The translations under genes were made by a program, and so were the position numbers. 64,000 nucleotides of DNA from Prasinococcaceae sp. CCMP 1430. Lineage: Eukaryota > Plantae > Prasinodermophyta. The stretch is taken from the NCBI GenBank assembly GCA_013416795.1, contig RQSC01000005.1, forward strand, positions 264,733-328,732, in the 5' to 3' direction. The number at the start of each line of letters is the position of its first letter. The first letter of the stretch is position 1. The notes beneath the pieces were generated by a model. The model did no database searches. It was not told the DNA's origin and was given only the letters and a program-made list of their open reading frames with translations. Below, in pieces: positions 1 through 11,172 of the stretch.

Positions 1-46
1 CACGACAATTGACTGCGCCTGCTGCAGCTCCCCGCCCCGCAGTGCG

Positions 47-823
47 ATGGCGGCTTCGTTGGCGGCAGCCGCGGCGGCCTCGGCTGCACAAGCGGCCGCG
101 GTTGAGGCCGAGGGGCGAAAGGCGGCGCGCGCGCGCCCGCGCCGGCGCCAAGCACAGCCCAACTACCGCATCGCCGCCCAGCGGGGGCAGCAGGGACCGT
201 CCGTCACCAAGTGCTTGCGCCGCTCCTCGAAGGGCAGGCGCGGCTCGCGCACTGCGCGCAGGTGGATGCCTCCCGACAGCGGCTCACTCCCCCTCGTCGC
301 TGCGGCAGCAGCGGAGACTGCCCCAGGAGGAAACGCGATGGCGATGCGGCAGGCTCACCTCCTCTCTTACTACGACCGCCACGGCGGCACTGACGGTGGC
401 GGCTGGGCCGAGGCAGACGGCGCACGCACCAGCCCCGCCCACCAGCAGCAGCAGGCCGAGGAGGAGGCAGGGTCGCCATTGGCGCTTCGTCACGAGGCAC
501 TCTCGCGCCTGGGGGTGGTACCTCCGCGTGCGCGCCCCCTGGGCGAGACTGCTCGCGCGCGCGCGCCCGCCGCGGCGGCTGCTGCTGCGCTGGCACAGTC
601 AACGCTGAGCAACGACTCGGTGGTGCTGTCTGCTCGGGCTGACAAGGGCGAGAGCGCACGCGTCGGTCCGAGTGCCACGCGCGAGGACGACTGGGACGCA
701 GCCGCCGGGAGCATCGTCGATAGCAGTTTTCTGCTCGGTCTGATACGCATCGGCATCCGCGGCCTCGCCTTCGGCGTGCTGCTTGGAGCGTTCGCGGGCG
801 TCATCGGCGTCGTCGCGGTGTAG
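47..823 (+). CDS. Hypothetical protein with Ala/Arg/Ser-rich N-terminus (possible transit peptide) and one C-terminal transmembrane helix
   Basis: 258-aa ATG-initiated ORF ending in hydrophobic GIRGLAFGVLLGAFAGVIGVVAV; no recognised domain. Confidence 0.4.
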   Translation: MAASLAAAAAASAAQAAAVEAEGRKAARARPRRRQAQPNYRIAAQRGQQGPSVTKCLRRSSKGRRGSRTARRWMPPDSGSLPLVAAAAAETAPGGNAMAMRQAHLLSYYDRHGGTDGGGWAEADGARTSPAHQQQQAEEEAGSPLALRHEALSRLGVVPPRARPLGETARARAPAAAAAAALAQSTLSNDSVVLSARADKGESARVGPSATREDDWDAAAGSIVDSSFLLGLIRIGIRGLAFGVLLGAFAGVIGVVAV

Positions 824-1065
824 CGGCTGCCCAAGTCGGGACGTGCTCGCACGTCCAACCACCACCGCGGACACGCACCACGCACATGACTTCTGGCCGT
901 GCACGCACAACATGGAGCACCCGCTGACATGACTTCTGCTCGAGCACAGTCTCGACCCTTCGACATTGCCGCATTATTGCATCCTCGAGCCTTCACACAA
1001 GACGACCCCTGCTCGTCATAAGCCCACCTGTACTGTGTGTATTATATTGAGATTTGTTGTTCAGC

Positions 1066-2128
1066 TCACGCAGCGCCCGCCCGCAGCGCGCCCGCGAAGC
1101 ACTCGGGCAGCCCGTCGGGGAAGGCCTCAGCGAGGTGCTGCCGCCATTCTACCAGCTGCTCCTCAGAGAGCGTGCTCCTGGCGTCGCCCACTCGGCCTTT
1201 GCGAAGGAATTCGTAGCCAGGCGCCCACTCGACGCTCTCGGGCTGGTACTGCGCGCTCGCAATGCGGCACGTGCAGTCGGCGTCAGACTCGCGGCGTTGG
1301 AGCAGCGGCTTGCGCTCGCATCGCGCGTAAGCATGCGGGCTAGCGGGGGCGCATGCGCCTGCGGGCGCACGCAAGGCGCGAAGCGGGCAGGCAGGAGCGC
1401 CTCTCCGTGCGCACCCTGTCCCTCTCTTTGCGCATGCCGTCGAAGGTGAACGGCGCGACGTCCTCGAGCGGCTCCGCGCCGATGTGCGACGCGATGCGCC
1501 GCGCGGTGCCCTCGAGGTCGCTCGAGAGCTGCTCGTACGACACGACCAGTACGCGCGGGTCATCCCCGGCGGCCGCTGCAGCGTAGCTCGCGAGGTGATC
1601 CGACCAGCGCCCGTATGGCAGCTCGCCGCGCAGCCACTCTCGCCAGAACTCGTCCAAGCCCTTGTCGTAACGGCCGGCGTCACCCCGCTGCGACGCGAGG
1701 TGATGGAAGAAGGACACGCACACGTCCGCGCCGTCGCGCACGACGTACACGATGCGCGCGCCCTCGCCGCGCGGCAGCATGGCGTGCCGCAGGTGCGTGT
1801 TGAAGACGCGCCGGCCCAAGCGGGCGTGCGCGTCCGCCGCGCGCGGCGAACCGACGTAGCGCGAGCCTCCACTGTCTGAGTCGTGCCGCCAGTGGGGGTC
1901 AATCTCATAGAAAGGAGCGACGTCGCCGACGTGCCGGGGCCTTTCGCCCCCGCTCACGAGGGCCGACACGATCGCCTGCGTCCACGTGGTGCCGCTCTTG
2001 GGGTACGACGCGATGAACACGTCGCCGTCGCCGACGTCCAGCGCGCTGCACGCCGCAAGCGTCGCCTCGCTCGTGATCGGGAGCGTCGGAAACGGGCCCG
2101 TCGCGCTCGCTGGCCGCGCCCCGGCCAT
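1066..2128 (-). CDS. Cytosolic PAPS-dependent sulfotransferase (Sulfotransfer_1 family); 2 exons, 2128-1415 and 1248-1066
   Basis: 5'-PSB motif YPKSGTTW, 3'-PB motif VYVVRDGADVCVSFFH, YEQL, and C-terminal FLRKGRVGD. A phase-0 GT-AG intron (1414-1249) joins the two ORF frames. Confidence 0.9.
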
Positions 2129-2575
2129 CGTCGAGGCCGCACCCACGCGCGGCCTCCCCTCGCGAGCGATGGCGCGGCGCGGCGCACCTCCGCCGCAGCG
2201 CGGCGCGGCTGCGCGGGGGGCGGCGGCACACACAAGGGCGGTGGCGAGCGGGGCGCTGGCGAGGTGTGGCGAACACTCTCGCTCCGCCCGTGGGACTCTG
2301 CGGCCGGCGCACCCCCGCGCTTCCGAACCGCCATCAAAATCAATCAAAATCGCTGCCGGCCCGGCAACATCCCCGCGCCTCGCGTCATCGCGGGCGATTG
2401 CGTTCGATCATACGTGCATTCGCATCGTATAAAAGTCGCCCGTGGGTGGTCTCACCGCCGAGGCGACAGGCTGCACGCGCGCGGTCGCACGCGGGGGCAG
2501 GTGGGGGGAAGGAGGAGGGGGGGGAAGGGGCAAGGGGCACAGGGGGCGCGCGCCGCGCGCGCGGGCGGCTCTGCG

Positions 2576-3257
2576 ATGTCCCGCGAGGATGCCAAGGGCC
2601 GAGCGATGGCCAACGTGCGCGCGTGGCTGTTTGGCGGCGAGGGCGCCGAGGGCGCGGCGGGCGCTGGCGGCGAGGAGGGGGCGCGGGCGCAGCTGCTGGC
2701 CGATGCGGAGGGTGGAAGCTCGGGGAGCTGCTCCCGGATGACGCCCTTCGCGGAGACGCGGCCAGCGGGCGCGGGGGCGTACCTGGTGATGCTCGCGTTT
2801 TGCGTGAGCTCCGCGACGTCCGGCGCGCTGTGGATCTCTTTCGCGCCGGTTGCGTCGGAGGCCTCGACGGCGTACGCCGTCTCTCAGGACTGGATTAATA
2901 CGCTCTCGATGACATTCCTGGCGCTGTACGCACCCGGCACCGTGATCGCAGCCATGGCGAGCCGCAGGCTCGGCCTGCGCGCGACGGTGTGCGCCGGCGG
3001 CGTGATGAATCTGCTCGCGGCGGCGGCGCGTTTGGCGTCAGCGCTGGCGCTGCCCCCGGACGGCTCGCCCGCCGCGTCGCGCCTGCCATTCGCGATGCTG
3101 CTTGGTGGACAGAGCCTCGCGGCGCTCGCCCAGCCGACCTTCACCAACATCCCGGCGCGCGTCGCGAGCACGTGGTTCGCTGGCACCGCGGAGGCCACTG
3201 CCGTCGCGGCGATGTCCAACGGCGTCGGCATCGTGGTGGGACAGGTGGTGTCGCCGC
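2576..3257 (+). pseudogene. N-terminal half of an MFS transporter (SLC49/FLVCR-like), truncated after about TM5
   Basis: LWISFAPV, WINTLSMTFLALYAPG, GQSLAALAQP and ARVASTWF match the FLVCR-type MFS pattern. Similarity stops abruptly at VVSP (~3257) and no C-terminal half is visible. Confidence 0.6.
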
Positions 3258-4479
3258 GTCGGAGGCGGCCGAGCGCGCGGCCTCGGAGCTCGCGGCGCAG
3301 GAGGCGGCGGCGGCGGCCGTCTGCGCGCAGCGCGAGGCGCGCATGGCCGCGCAGCTCGCCAAGCACCTCGAGGCGGGGCGCGAGCGCAAGGCAAGGCTCG
3401 GCCAGCGCGTGCGCAGGTGGGCCGGGGAGGCGGAGCGCATCGTGGATATGTCGGGAGGGGGGCTTGGAGGGGTGGCGGGCAATATTTCTGGCTCGACCAC
3501 CTCGGTGGCCGTCGCCGCCGCGGCCGCCGCCGCGCAGGTGCTGAAGGCGGGCCGGAGGCACTCCTCTTCTTCTGCGCGGAGCAGGGGGAGCGAGGGGTGT
3601 GGTGTGGTTGTGCCATCGTCGTCATCATCGGGAGGCGTCGGGGCGGTGGTGCTCGGGGAGCGGAGCCACAACACGACGGCGACGATGTGAGGGAGCGGGA
3701 GCGCAGAGAAGAGGGGCATTGTTGATGTTGTGAGTGCGCGGAGGGCGGAGATGTGGGAGCGGGAGCGGGGGAATAGCTTGCGCGTGTCGGCAGCGGAGTG
3801 AGCGACCTCTCGCGGACGGCGGCGGGCGGGTGTGCGAGCGCAGAGCGCGCTCGTTGTGCTCCCGCATGCGGCGCACGCGAGTAAGAAGAAGTCGTTCCAC
3901 TCAGCCGCGGTGGTTGTGTTCTCACGCGCGGAACGCGCGATGCAGTAAATTGTTCTTCTCAAAGCCCCCATAATGACGGTGGGAAGGGAGGGAGGGCGCG
4001 TGAGTGAGTGAGGGTTAGTGTTGCCCACGGCGCGCGCTCTGGTGTGCGCGTAATAGCGCGGCGGCGATTGCGCGCGCGCGGTGAGTCGGTTGGCGCCGGG
4101 TCTTCTCGTCCGGTTGGGTGGTGTGTGTGGCACACTGATGAGCTCAAATTTTGACGATCCTGCGTGGTTTGTGTGGCCGTAGTTTAAAATCCGCTTGTAC
4201 CAGAGCAGGTTAGCTATGTGGTTAGAATCTCTCGTTGTGGGCACGTTCGACGTAGACGTATCCGAGAAGACCCGGGCTCGACTTTTCAATTACGAGATTC
4301 CCGGCGGCCACAGAATTTTTTGCTCGGATCCGCAACTTTTTTGCATTACTTTGACCTGTAACCATGCATTTCACGAAATTATGACATTTATTTCACGGAA
4401 TTATAATACGAAGCGGATTCCGTTGGAATCCCATTATATCTGTGAATCCGAAGGGAACCCACGGTTCCCCGACGCACCT

Positions 4480-4719
4480 NNNNNNNNNNNNNNNNNNNNN
4501 NNNNNNNNNNNNNNNNNNNNNNNNNNNNNNNNNNNNNNNNNNNNNNNNNNNNNNNNNNNNNNNNNNNNNNNNNNNNNNNNNNNNNNNNNNNNNNNNNNNN
4601 NNNNNNNNNNNNNNNNNNNNNNNNNNNNNNNNNNNNNNNNNNNNNNNNNNNNNNNNNNNNNNNNNNNNNNNNNNNNNNNNNNNNNNNNNNNNNNNNNNNN
4701 NNNNNNNNNNNNNNNNNNN
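4480..4719. other. Assembly gap (N run)
   Basis: Run of n. Confidence 0.99.
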
Positions 4720-4819
4720 GCCGCGCCGCCAGGCGCGCGAGGACGCCGCGTGCGAGCGGCCTGCGCAGGCGGCGCGCGCGCAGCCGTGCGGCCAGCAGCC
4801 CGAGGCAGTGGCCTCAGCG

Positions 4820-6403
4820 ATGGCCTCAGCGGTGGCCTCAACGGTATCCTCTAATGCCCCCCACCCCTCGGCATCATCTCTCGAAGCGCTATCCCAGTAC
4901 GCCCATGCCCACTCCCTGCCGCCCTGCTACCTCCAGCAGCACGTGGCCGCGGTCGGCGAGGCCAACCTGACGCTCGACGCGTTCAAGGCGAGCGTGGCGC
5001 GGCGAGAGGCGAGCCTGCGAGCTGCGTTCGCGCAGGCGTCAATGGACGGCGACACGGTCACGTTCGAGGCGCTGCGCAGGGCGGCGCCGCGCGTGTGCGT
5101 GCTGGCGCCCGCGGGGGGCTGCTCGTGCACCACCGTGAGCTTTCGCGCGGACGAGGTGCAGCGGATGCTCAACGCGATGGGCAGGCGGCGGGCGGCGTCT
5201 CGCGCCAGCGACGGCGACGTGCGCGCGGTGACGTACGAGGAGTTCCGCGATTTCTTCGCTGACATGCCGCCGGACGCCATCGTGTGGGACTACTGGGCGC
5301 GCAGCAGCGAGGCGTGCCTGCTCGAGTGCGGGTGCGGCACGGTCGACGTGCAGAGCCCCAGCGCGCGGGGCGGCAACCCCTTGCGCCACCTCGTCGCGGG
5401 CGCCGTGGCCGGGGCGGCCAGCAGGACCATCACGGCGCCGCTGGAGACGATCAGGCTGCAGGCCGTCGCCGCGGCGCGGTCGTCGGCCGCGAGGGCGGTC
5501 TCCGCCGGCGCGGCGGCCGCGCCCCCGAGCCTCGCCGCCACCGTGCGAGGCATCGCCGAGCGCGAGGGCGTCACCGCGCTGTGGCGGGGAAACACCGCGA
5601 TGGTCATGCGCAGCGCGCCGCAGAAGGGCATCGACTTCTTCACCTACAACGCGTACAAGAGCGCGCTCGGCGAGCTGGCGACCCGGCTGGGCGTGCAGAA
5701 GGGGGCGGCGCGCGCCGACGGCGCCGACGGCGACGTGCTCGCCACGCGCCTGACGGCCGGGGCGCTGGCCGGCGCCACCTCGACCGTGCTGCTCTACCCG
5801 CTCGATGTCGTGCGCACGCGGCTCGCCGTGGGTGCCGTGCCCGGGCTCGAGGCGGCCGGCTCCAGGCCCGGCGGCGTGTCCGCCGTGCTGGGCGCCGCCG
5901 CCACCATCGCGCGCAAGGAGGGCGTCGGTGCGCTGTACAGGGGGCTCGGGTACGCCGTGGCGGCCATCATTCCGGAGGCCGCCGTGACCTACGGGACGTA
6001 CGACGCGCTGAGCAACCTGACGTCTGCCGCGTACCGGCGCCGGTACGGCTCGGAGCCCCCGGTGGCCCTCGGGGTCGTGTGCGGCGCGGCCGCGGCGACC
6101 ATCGGGCAGACGCTCGCGTATCCGCTGGAGGTCGTCACGAGGCGCGTGTCCCTCGGCAAGGGCGCGGTCACGGCGACCGGCGCGCGCGCGAACCTGCTCG
6201 CGCAGCTCGCTGCCGTCGTGCGCACCGAGGGGCTGGGTGCGCTCTACTCGGGCATCTCCGCGGCGACCCTGCGCGTGCTGCCCATGGGGATCGTGAGCTT
6301 CACCGTGTACGAGGCGACGAAGCGCGCGCTCGAGAGGAGCGCGCTCGCGCCGCTTCCCCCCGCCGACGCGGCGGCTCGGCCGCGCGCGCAGTGTGTACAG
6401 TAG
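4820..6403 (+). CDS. Mitochondrial carrier family (SLC25) protein with an EF-hand-like N-terminal extension, adenine-nucleotide type (BT1/APC-like)
   Basis: Three Px[DE]xx[KR] signatures (PLETIR, PLDVVR, PLEVVTRR), LWRGN and LYRG repeats, N-terminal VTYEEFRDFF. The true start may lie in the gap. Confidence 0.88.
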   Translation: MASAVASTVSSNAPHPSASSLEALSQYAHAHSLPPCYLQQHVAAVGEANLTLDAFKASVARREASLRAAFAQASMDGDTVTFEALRRAAPRVCVLAPAGGCSCTTVSFRADEVQRMLNAMGRRRAASRASDGDVRAVTYEEFRDFFADMPPDAIVWDYWARSSEACLLECGCGTVDVQSPSARGGNPLRHLVAGAVAGAASRTITAPLETIRLQAVAAARSSAARAVSAGAAAAPPSLAATVRGIAEREGVTALWRGNTAMVMRSAPQKGIDFFTYNAYKSALGELATRLGVQKGAARADGADGDVLATRLTAGALAGATSTVLLYPLDVVRTRLAVGAVPGLEAAGSRPGGVSAVLGAAATIARKEGVGALYRGLGYAVAAIIPEAAVTYGTYDALSNLTSAAYRRRYGSEPPVALGVVCGAAAATIGQTLAYPLEVVTRRVSLGKGAVTATGARANLLAQLAAVVRTEGLGALYSGISAATLRVLPMGIVSFTVYEATKRALERSALAPLPPADAAARPRAQCVQ

Positions 6404-6703
6404 CAATTCAATTATTCAGCGTGTGGAGCACTGGTCGCTGGTCCTCGCGCCATCGCACGCGGACGGCTCGCACGCGGCGCGTGGCGCGCGGGGCGTGTCT
6501 GTGACTGTGGTGCTTTACACGTCCGGCGGGCGGGGTCATCAAGGCGCGACAGCGTGGCCAGGCACCGGGCCTGCACCATCCCATGGCCTGGGAATGCGCA
6601 GCTCTAGATACTGCGATCGCTATGACGCCTCTGCATCGAACCGCGCGTGGCAGCGTCGGTTGGCGCGCACGGGCGCGTGCGGCAAGCACCGCGTCGCCAG
6701 CAC

Positions 6704-7290
6704 TTAGTAGGCGGCCGGCTTCTCCACCTCCGGCTTGTAGGGCTTGGCCAGCACGTCGGTGAACTCCTGCTGCGGGGTCTTGCCGAAGGTGGTCTCGCGC
6801 CACAGGTCGGGGGTGAGGTAGCCGTACGACGCAGCGAGCGCCGAGAAGGTGGCCTTGATGAAGTTGCCGAGCGTGCGGCGGTGGCCGCGCGAGGCGGTGT
6901 ACACGTCCTCGATGCCGGCCATCTGCAGCACCTTCTTGGGGGCCTTGGCCGCCACGATGCCCGCGCCGCGGGGGGCCGGCACGAGGCGCATGGTCACCGA
7001 GCCGCACTTGCCAGTGAGCTTGGTGGGCACGGTGTGGGGCTTGCCGATGGTCGAGCCCCAGTAGCCGCGGCGGATGGGCACCACGTTGAGCTTGGCGCTG
7101 ATGATGGCGCCGCGGATGGCGGTGGCGACCTCCTTGGCGCACTTCACGCCCAGGCCGAGGTGGCCGTTGGAGTCGCCGACGCACACGAACGCCTTGAAGC
7201 GCGTGCGCTGGCCGGCGCGGGTCTGCTTCTGCACGGGCATGATCTTCATCACCTCGTCGACGAGGCCGGGGAGGAAGGCGTCGATGATCT
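6704..7290 (-). CDS. RPS2: 40S ribosomal protein S2 (uS5), 3' exon only; 5' part lost at the n junction near 7456
   Basis: [35 protein letters not shown] and GNFIKATF; CAG acceptor before IIDAFLPG. Confidence 0.95.
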
Positions 7291-7456
7291 GATCGGCGCG
7301 AGGAAGCGACGCGGCGAGTCAGCGGCGCGTTCCAGATGAAAAGGGGAGAAGGGGGGGGGGGGAGGGCGGCCCTGCCTCTACCTCGCCCACCCAGTCCCCC
7401 CCGGCCGCGTGCCCCCGCGTCTCGTCCCGTCCCGTCCCGCCGCGCTTGCGCATCCN

Positions 7457-8935
7457 CGTCGGGGGTGGCCAGGTTGATCCAACGCGGCAGGGTGAGGTCC
7501 GTCGTGACGGTGCCGGTGGTGTCGCGGTGGATGACGATGTCCTCCTCCTCCAGGTTGGGGTCCGCGTATGCGCTCTCCATGATCAAATTGAGCACGCCGC
7601 GGAGCTCCTCAGTGGTCATCGTGCGGCCGTCGCCCACGTCTGATAGGTTGTTTCGCAGGTGGTCCTCGAGCTCGCTGCGCGTGAGAGTGTTGTTCTTGTC
7701 GTTGTCCATCTGGTGGAAGACGAGCGCCGCCGTCATTGCGTTGACGGCGAAGCGCGCCTGCCGCCGGCGCGGGTACAGACGCTCGAACAGGAACTCGCGG
7801 TACATTTTGGCCTTGTCAGCCATCGACCACGTGGCCGCCGGCCAGTACACCAGCGCGATGAGTTTCTGCACCCAGCCCTGGAAGTGCGTCGCGTAGTACG
7901 TCACGAAGGTGGTGCAGAAGCCCAGCATGAGCACGCCCTGGGTGATGGCGGCGACCAGCTGGCCGAGGTTGGGCGTGCCCATGTTGCCACCGCCCTGGAA
8001 CGTGAGCACCACGCCGTACCTGTACACGTCCACGTGGTCGAACACGTCGTCGCTCACGCCGAGCCCCATATCGGAGAGCGCGGCGCTCTGGTGGCCGTAG
8101 TGAATGCTGGGGCCCACGCTGGACCACTGCGAGCGGATGGCGTGCAGCTCCAGCACGGCCACCGTCGGCGCGTTCCTCGAGCTCAGCGTGCGCTCGCCGC
8201 CCGGCTGCAGGTCCCAGTTGTAGTAGCGAACGTTGAAGGTCACCTTGAGGCCCGCCAGGCGGTAGTGCGGCGTGGTCGGGTCCTTCGCGTCCCAGCGTTC
8301 GTCCAGGCTGACGCCCGTCCAGGTCAGCACGTCCTCGAGCGTGAGCGTCACGGCCGCCTTGCTTTTCCCGCGGTGGTCGAACTCGGCGAGGTTCTGGTTG
8401 CTGTCGGCGACCCGCACGTAGGTGTAGTCGGGCAGCTTCGTGCCCTCGGTGTGCACGTACGAGTGCGTGAAGTAGATCTCCATCTCCTCGGGGGCCGCCA
8501 CCAGTCGCGTGGTGTTCGAGCCGCAGACGCACTTCTGCGGCGGGGCCTCGATGACGTCCTCCACGCACTGCGCGGGCTTCGTGTTCGGTTTGGCGCAGTC
8601 GTACTGCCAGTACCGCAGGATCTGTTCGGACGTGATGATGGAGAAGTGCTCCTCGCCCTTGACGAGGCTCTGGTCGAAGGTGTGCAGGTCGCAGTCGTTG
8701 TCGCCCGGCTGCAGGTTCCAGAAGCCGTCACGCCAGTTGTACTCCGGATTGTTGCAGTAATCGCAGAGCCCCCTGGCGCACCGCGAGGCCTCGAACGGCT
8801 GGTTCGCGCTCGGCTGGCCGTATATCTCGCCCAGGATGAAGGAGGGCGCCGACATCATCAGGAAGCGCTGGTTCGCCACGAGGTCCCAGCCGATGTAGAC
8901 GATGACGAGGGCGGACAGGGTCCATAGCAGGACGC
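7457..8935 (-). CDS. P2X-receptor-like cation channel with a C-terminal EF-hand; 5' exon(s) unresolved, 3' end cut at the n
   Basis: TM1 (LLWTLSALVIVYIGW), Cys-containing ectodomain, YRLAGLKVTFNVRYYN, YRYGVVLTFQGGGNMG before TM2, and EF loop DNDKNNTLTRSE; CAG acceptor ending at 8936. Confidence 0.75.
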
Positions 8936-8946
8936 CTGGGAGGAGC

Positions 8947-8995
8947 GGGAGCGCGGCAGCGCGGCAGCGCGGGAGCGCGGGAGCGCGGGAGCGCA
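8947..8995. repeat. 8-bp tandem repeat AGCGCGG(C/G), about 6 copies, in the P2X intron
   Basis: Read directly from the sequence. Confidence 0.8.
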
Positions 8996-9753
8996 GAGGC
9001 ATTTGCGCGTGCGCGTGCGTGGCAAGGGACAAGGGAAGTGCGTTTTGTGTGTGTGCGGCGTGTGTGATCCGTCGCCTGTCAGCAGCACGCAGCGGGGAGC
9101 GCGGCGCGGCGGTCGGCTCTCTGAGGCGCCGCGCCGGCGAGCGCGTGAGCCCGTCGCGCGTCGCGCCAACGAGGCGTGCCCGCAGGTGCTGCCGCCTGCA
9201 GGAGCGAGGCGCGTTCCCGCGATCGCAAGCGCCGCGCCGCGCCCCCCAGCGTGGGGCGCCCACCGGCGTTGTGAATGCCAGCCTACGCCTGCGCCCACAA
9301 CGGCCACTCGCGAAAAAGACCGGGAGACCGATTGCGCGCGCGCATCGCAGGCGCAATCTGCTGCCATCGCATGCAAAAACCTTGCTCGTGCTGACCGGCC
9401 GCTCGCCCCTGTCCCATGCCGTCGCCCCGTCCTCGCGCCGCTTTTAGGGTCCGTTGCGCCGCGCGCCGCCGCCCGCCGTCTCGCTGCCGCCGCTTGCGTC
9501 GTGCGCCGTGCGCGCTGCCGCGACGAAGCGCATGCCGCGTCAGAGGCACGAAGGCTGCGCTCTAGAGCTGGCGCTGATGTGCGAACCAAAATTTCCCCCT
9601 GTTCCACCACTCGCCCGAGGCGAGGGTGACGTTCATGTCGGAACTGCCATCAACCTCGTAGGTGATTGAGTCGCCCATCGTGGTCTAGCCGGCGATGGTC
9701 TCCTAGGCAGACCCATGCGCCTCCCTCCTCCGCCCCACCCCAAAATACTCACA

Positions 9754-10396
9754 GGAGTACAACCTGCCAGAGGATGTGCGTCGATGCAGGCCCTGCTGCT
9801 GCTGTCGCGCGGACTTGCAAGCGCATGCGCGCCCGAGCCCGTGTCTGCGTTGTGCTCGGAATGGCCCATCGCGAGTTCGTGCGCCGGCCGGAGCGCGCTC
9901 GACCTCTTTGCGCCCGCGTTGTGCTCGGAATGGCCCCTCGCGAGTTCGTGCGCCGGCCGGAGCGCGCTCGACCCCTTTGCGCCCGCGCTGACTGAGGCGG
10001 CGCGCGCCAAACGCGCGTTCGCTCGCTCGCTGCGTCTCGCGCTCCATGCAGAGGGCTGCCAAGTTCATCCTGCGCGCGCTCGACAAGGCCATCGAGAAGA
10101 AGGAGCTGGCGAAGGTCGGCCAGTCGTACGACCTGCCGAAGAAGAAGGGCGGGAGCAAGACACCCTCGAAGGCTGCTGCGGCTGCGAAGGCCAAAGCGAC
10201 GCCCAAGAAGGCGGCGGCCACGCCCAAGAAGAAGGCGGCGGCCACGCCCAAGCCGCCCGCGTCCAAGGGCAAGAAGAGGTCAGCGGCCTTCATGTCGCCG
10301 CAGGAGAGGGCGGCGGCGTCCAAGAAGGCGGCGACCTTCGAGCTCGCGCCGCCCCTCCCCGCAAAGTCGTCCAGCGGGTGGTGTTCCATCATGTGA
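9754..10396 (+). CDS. Linker histone H1-like protein with a C-terminal CaaX box (CSIM); 5' exon(s) unresolved
   Basis: Micro-exon EYNLPED spliced to RAAKFILRALDKAIEKKELAKVGQSYDL (end of an H1 globular domain), then a K/A/P-rich tail with TPKK motifs; ends TGG TGT TCC ATC ATG TGA. Confidence 0.65.
9847..9987. repeat. 69-bp near-perfect tandem duplication inside the H1-like gene intron
   Basis: GCGTTGTGCTCGGAATGGCCC...CTTTGCGCCC at 9847 and 9916 with two mismatches. Confidence 0.9.
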
Positions 10397-11172
10397 GGCG
10401 TGGGCGTGGATTCTCTAACACACACACAACGCGTGGCCCGCACGCGCGCGCGGTGGGCGGCGCTGTATACTCTCTCTCTAGTCTGCACGCCTGCCGGGGC
10501 GCGCGCGCGGCTCAACGGCCGCCGGCGAAGCGGTGCAGGCCGCGCTAGCACGTGCGCCCGCCGCCCGACGGCAGAGCAGGAACAGTAACACGCAACTCGG
10601 GCGACGCCGAGCGCACCGCCCCGGTCGTGCTCGCGCGCGCAGCGCACTCCCGCCGCCGCGGGCTCTCGCCCCTCAGTGGAAGCCCTCAGTCGGCGTCGCG
10701 CGGGGCGTCCGTCCGGACCCCCGCGCGCCGTCGCTCGCTCCTCGGCGACGAGTGCGCAGCATCGCAGCCCGCTCAATGCGCATGCCGGAAGCTGTGCTGC
10801 CGAGGCACACGGACGGGGCAACCCGGTTCGTACACGCCATGCTCAGGGATTGACCAGATCAAGCATTCCCGTTATTAGCGAGTACACCCAGGGTCGAGCG
10901 GCAATATTGGTACTGAACGCTGTCTCCGGCACGCGACGCACGCACAGCCCACGCGCTCTGCTCCGGGAGCCACAGCGCGCGCCGCGGCCCTGCCGTGCCT
11001 CCTCCCCGTCCCGTCTCGTGGGCACGCACGCGCCGGCGCGCCTCCCACCCCCCCCCCCCCAACCCCCCGCCCTCCAATCGAACACACCCACACGAGCTCC
11101 AGGGCGCGCCCTCGGACGCGCGGCGGCGACAGCGGCCGTGCCCGGACTCGCGGGCGGGCCGGGAAAGCGCTG

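Noticed and set aside
6408-9356. 982-aa ORF apparently extending the P2X-like protein
   Set aside because: It reads through the single n near 7456, a scaffold junction, into an off-frame translation of RPS2. It is chimeric, not a fusion.
9847-9987. Direct repeats as a possible CRISPR array
   Set aside because: Two adjacent copies with no spacers, no cas genes, and a eukaryotic intron context.
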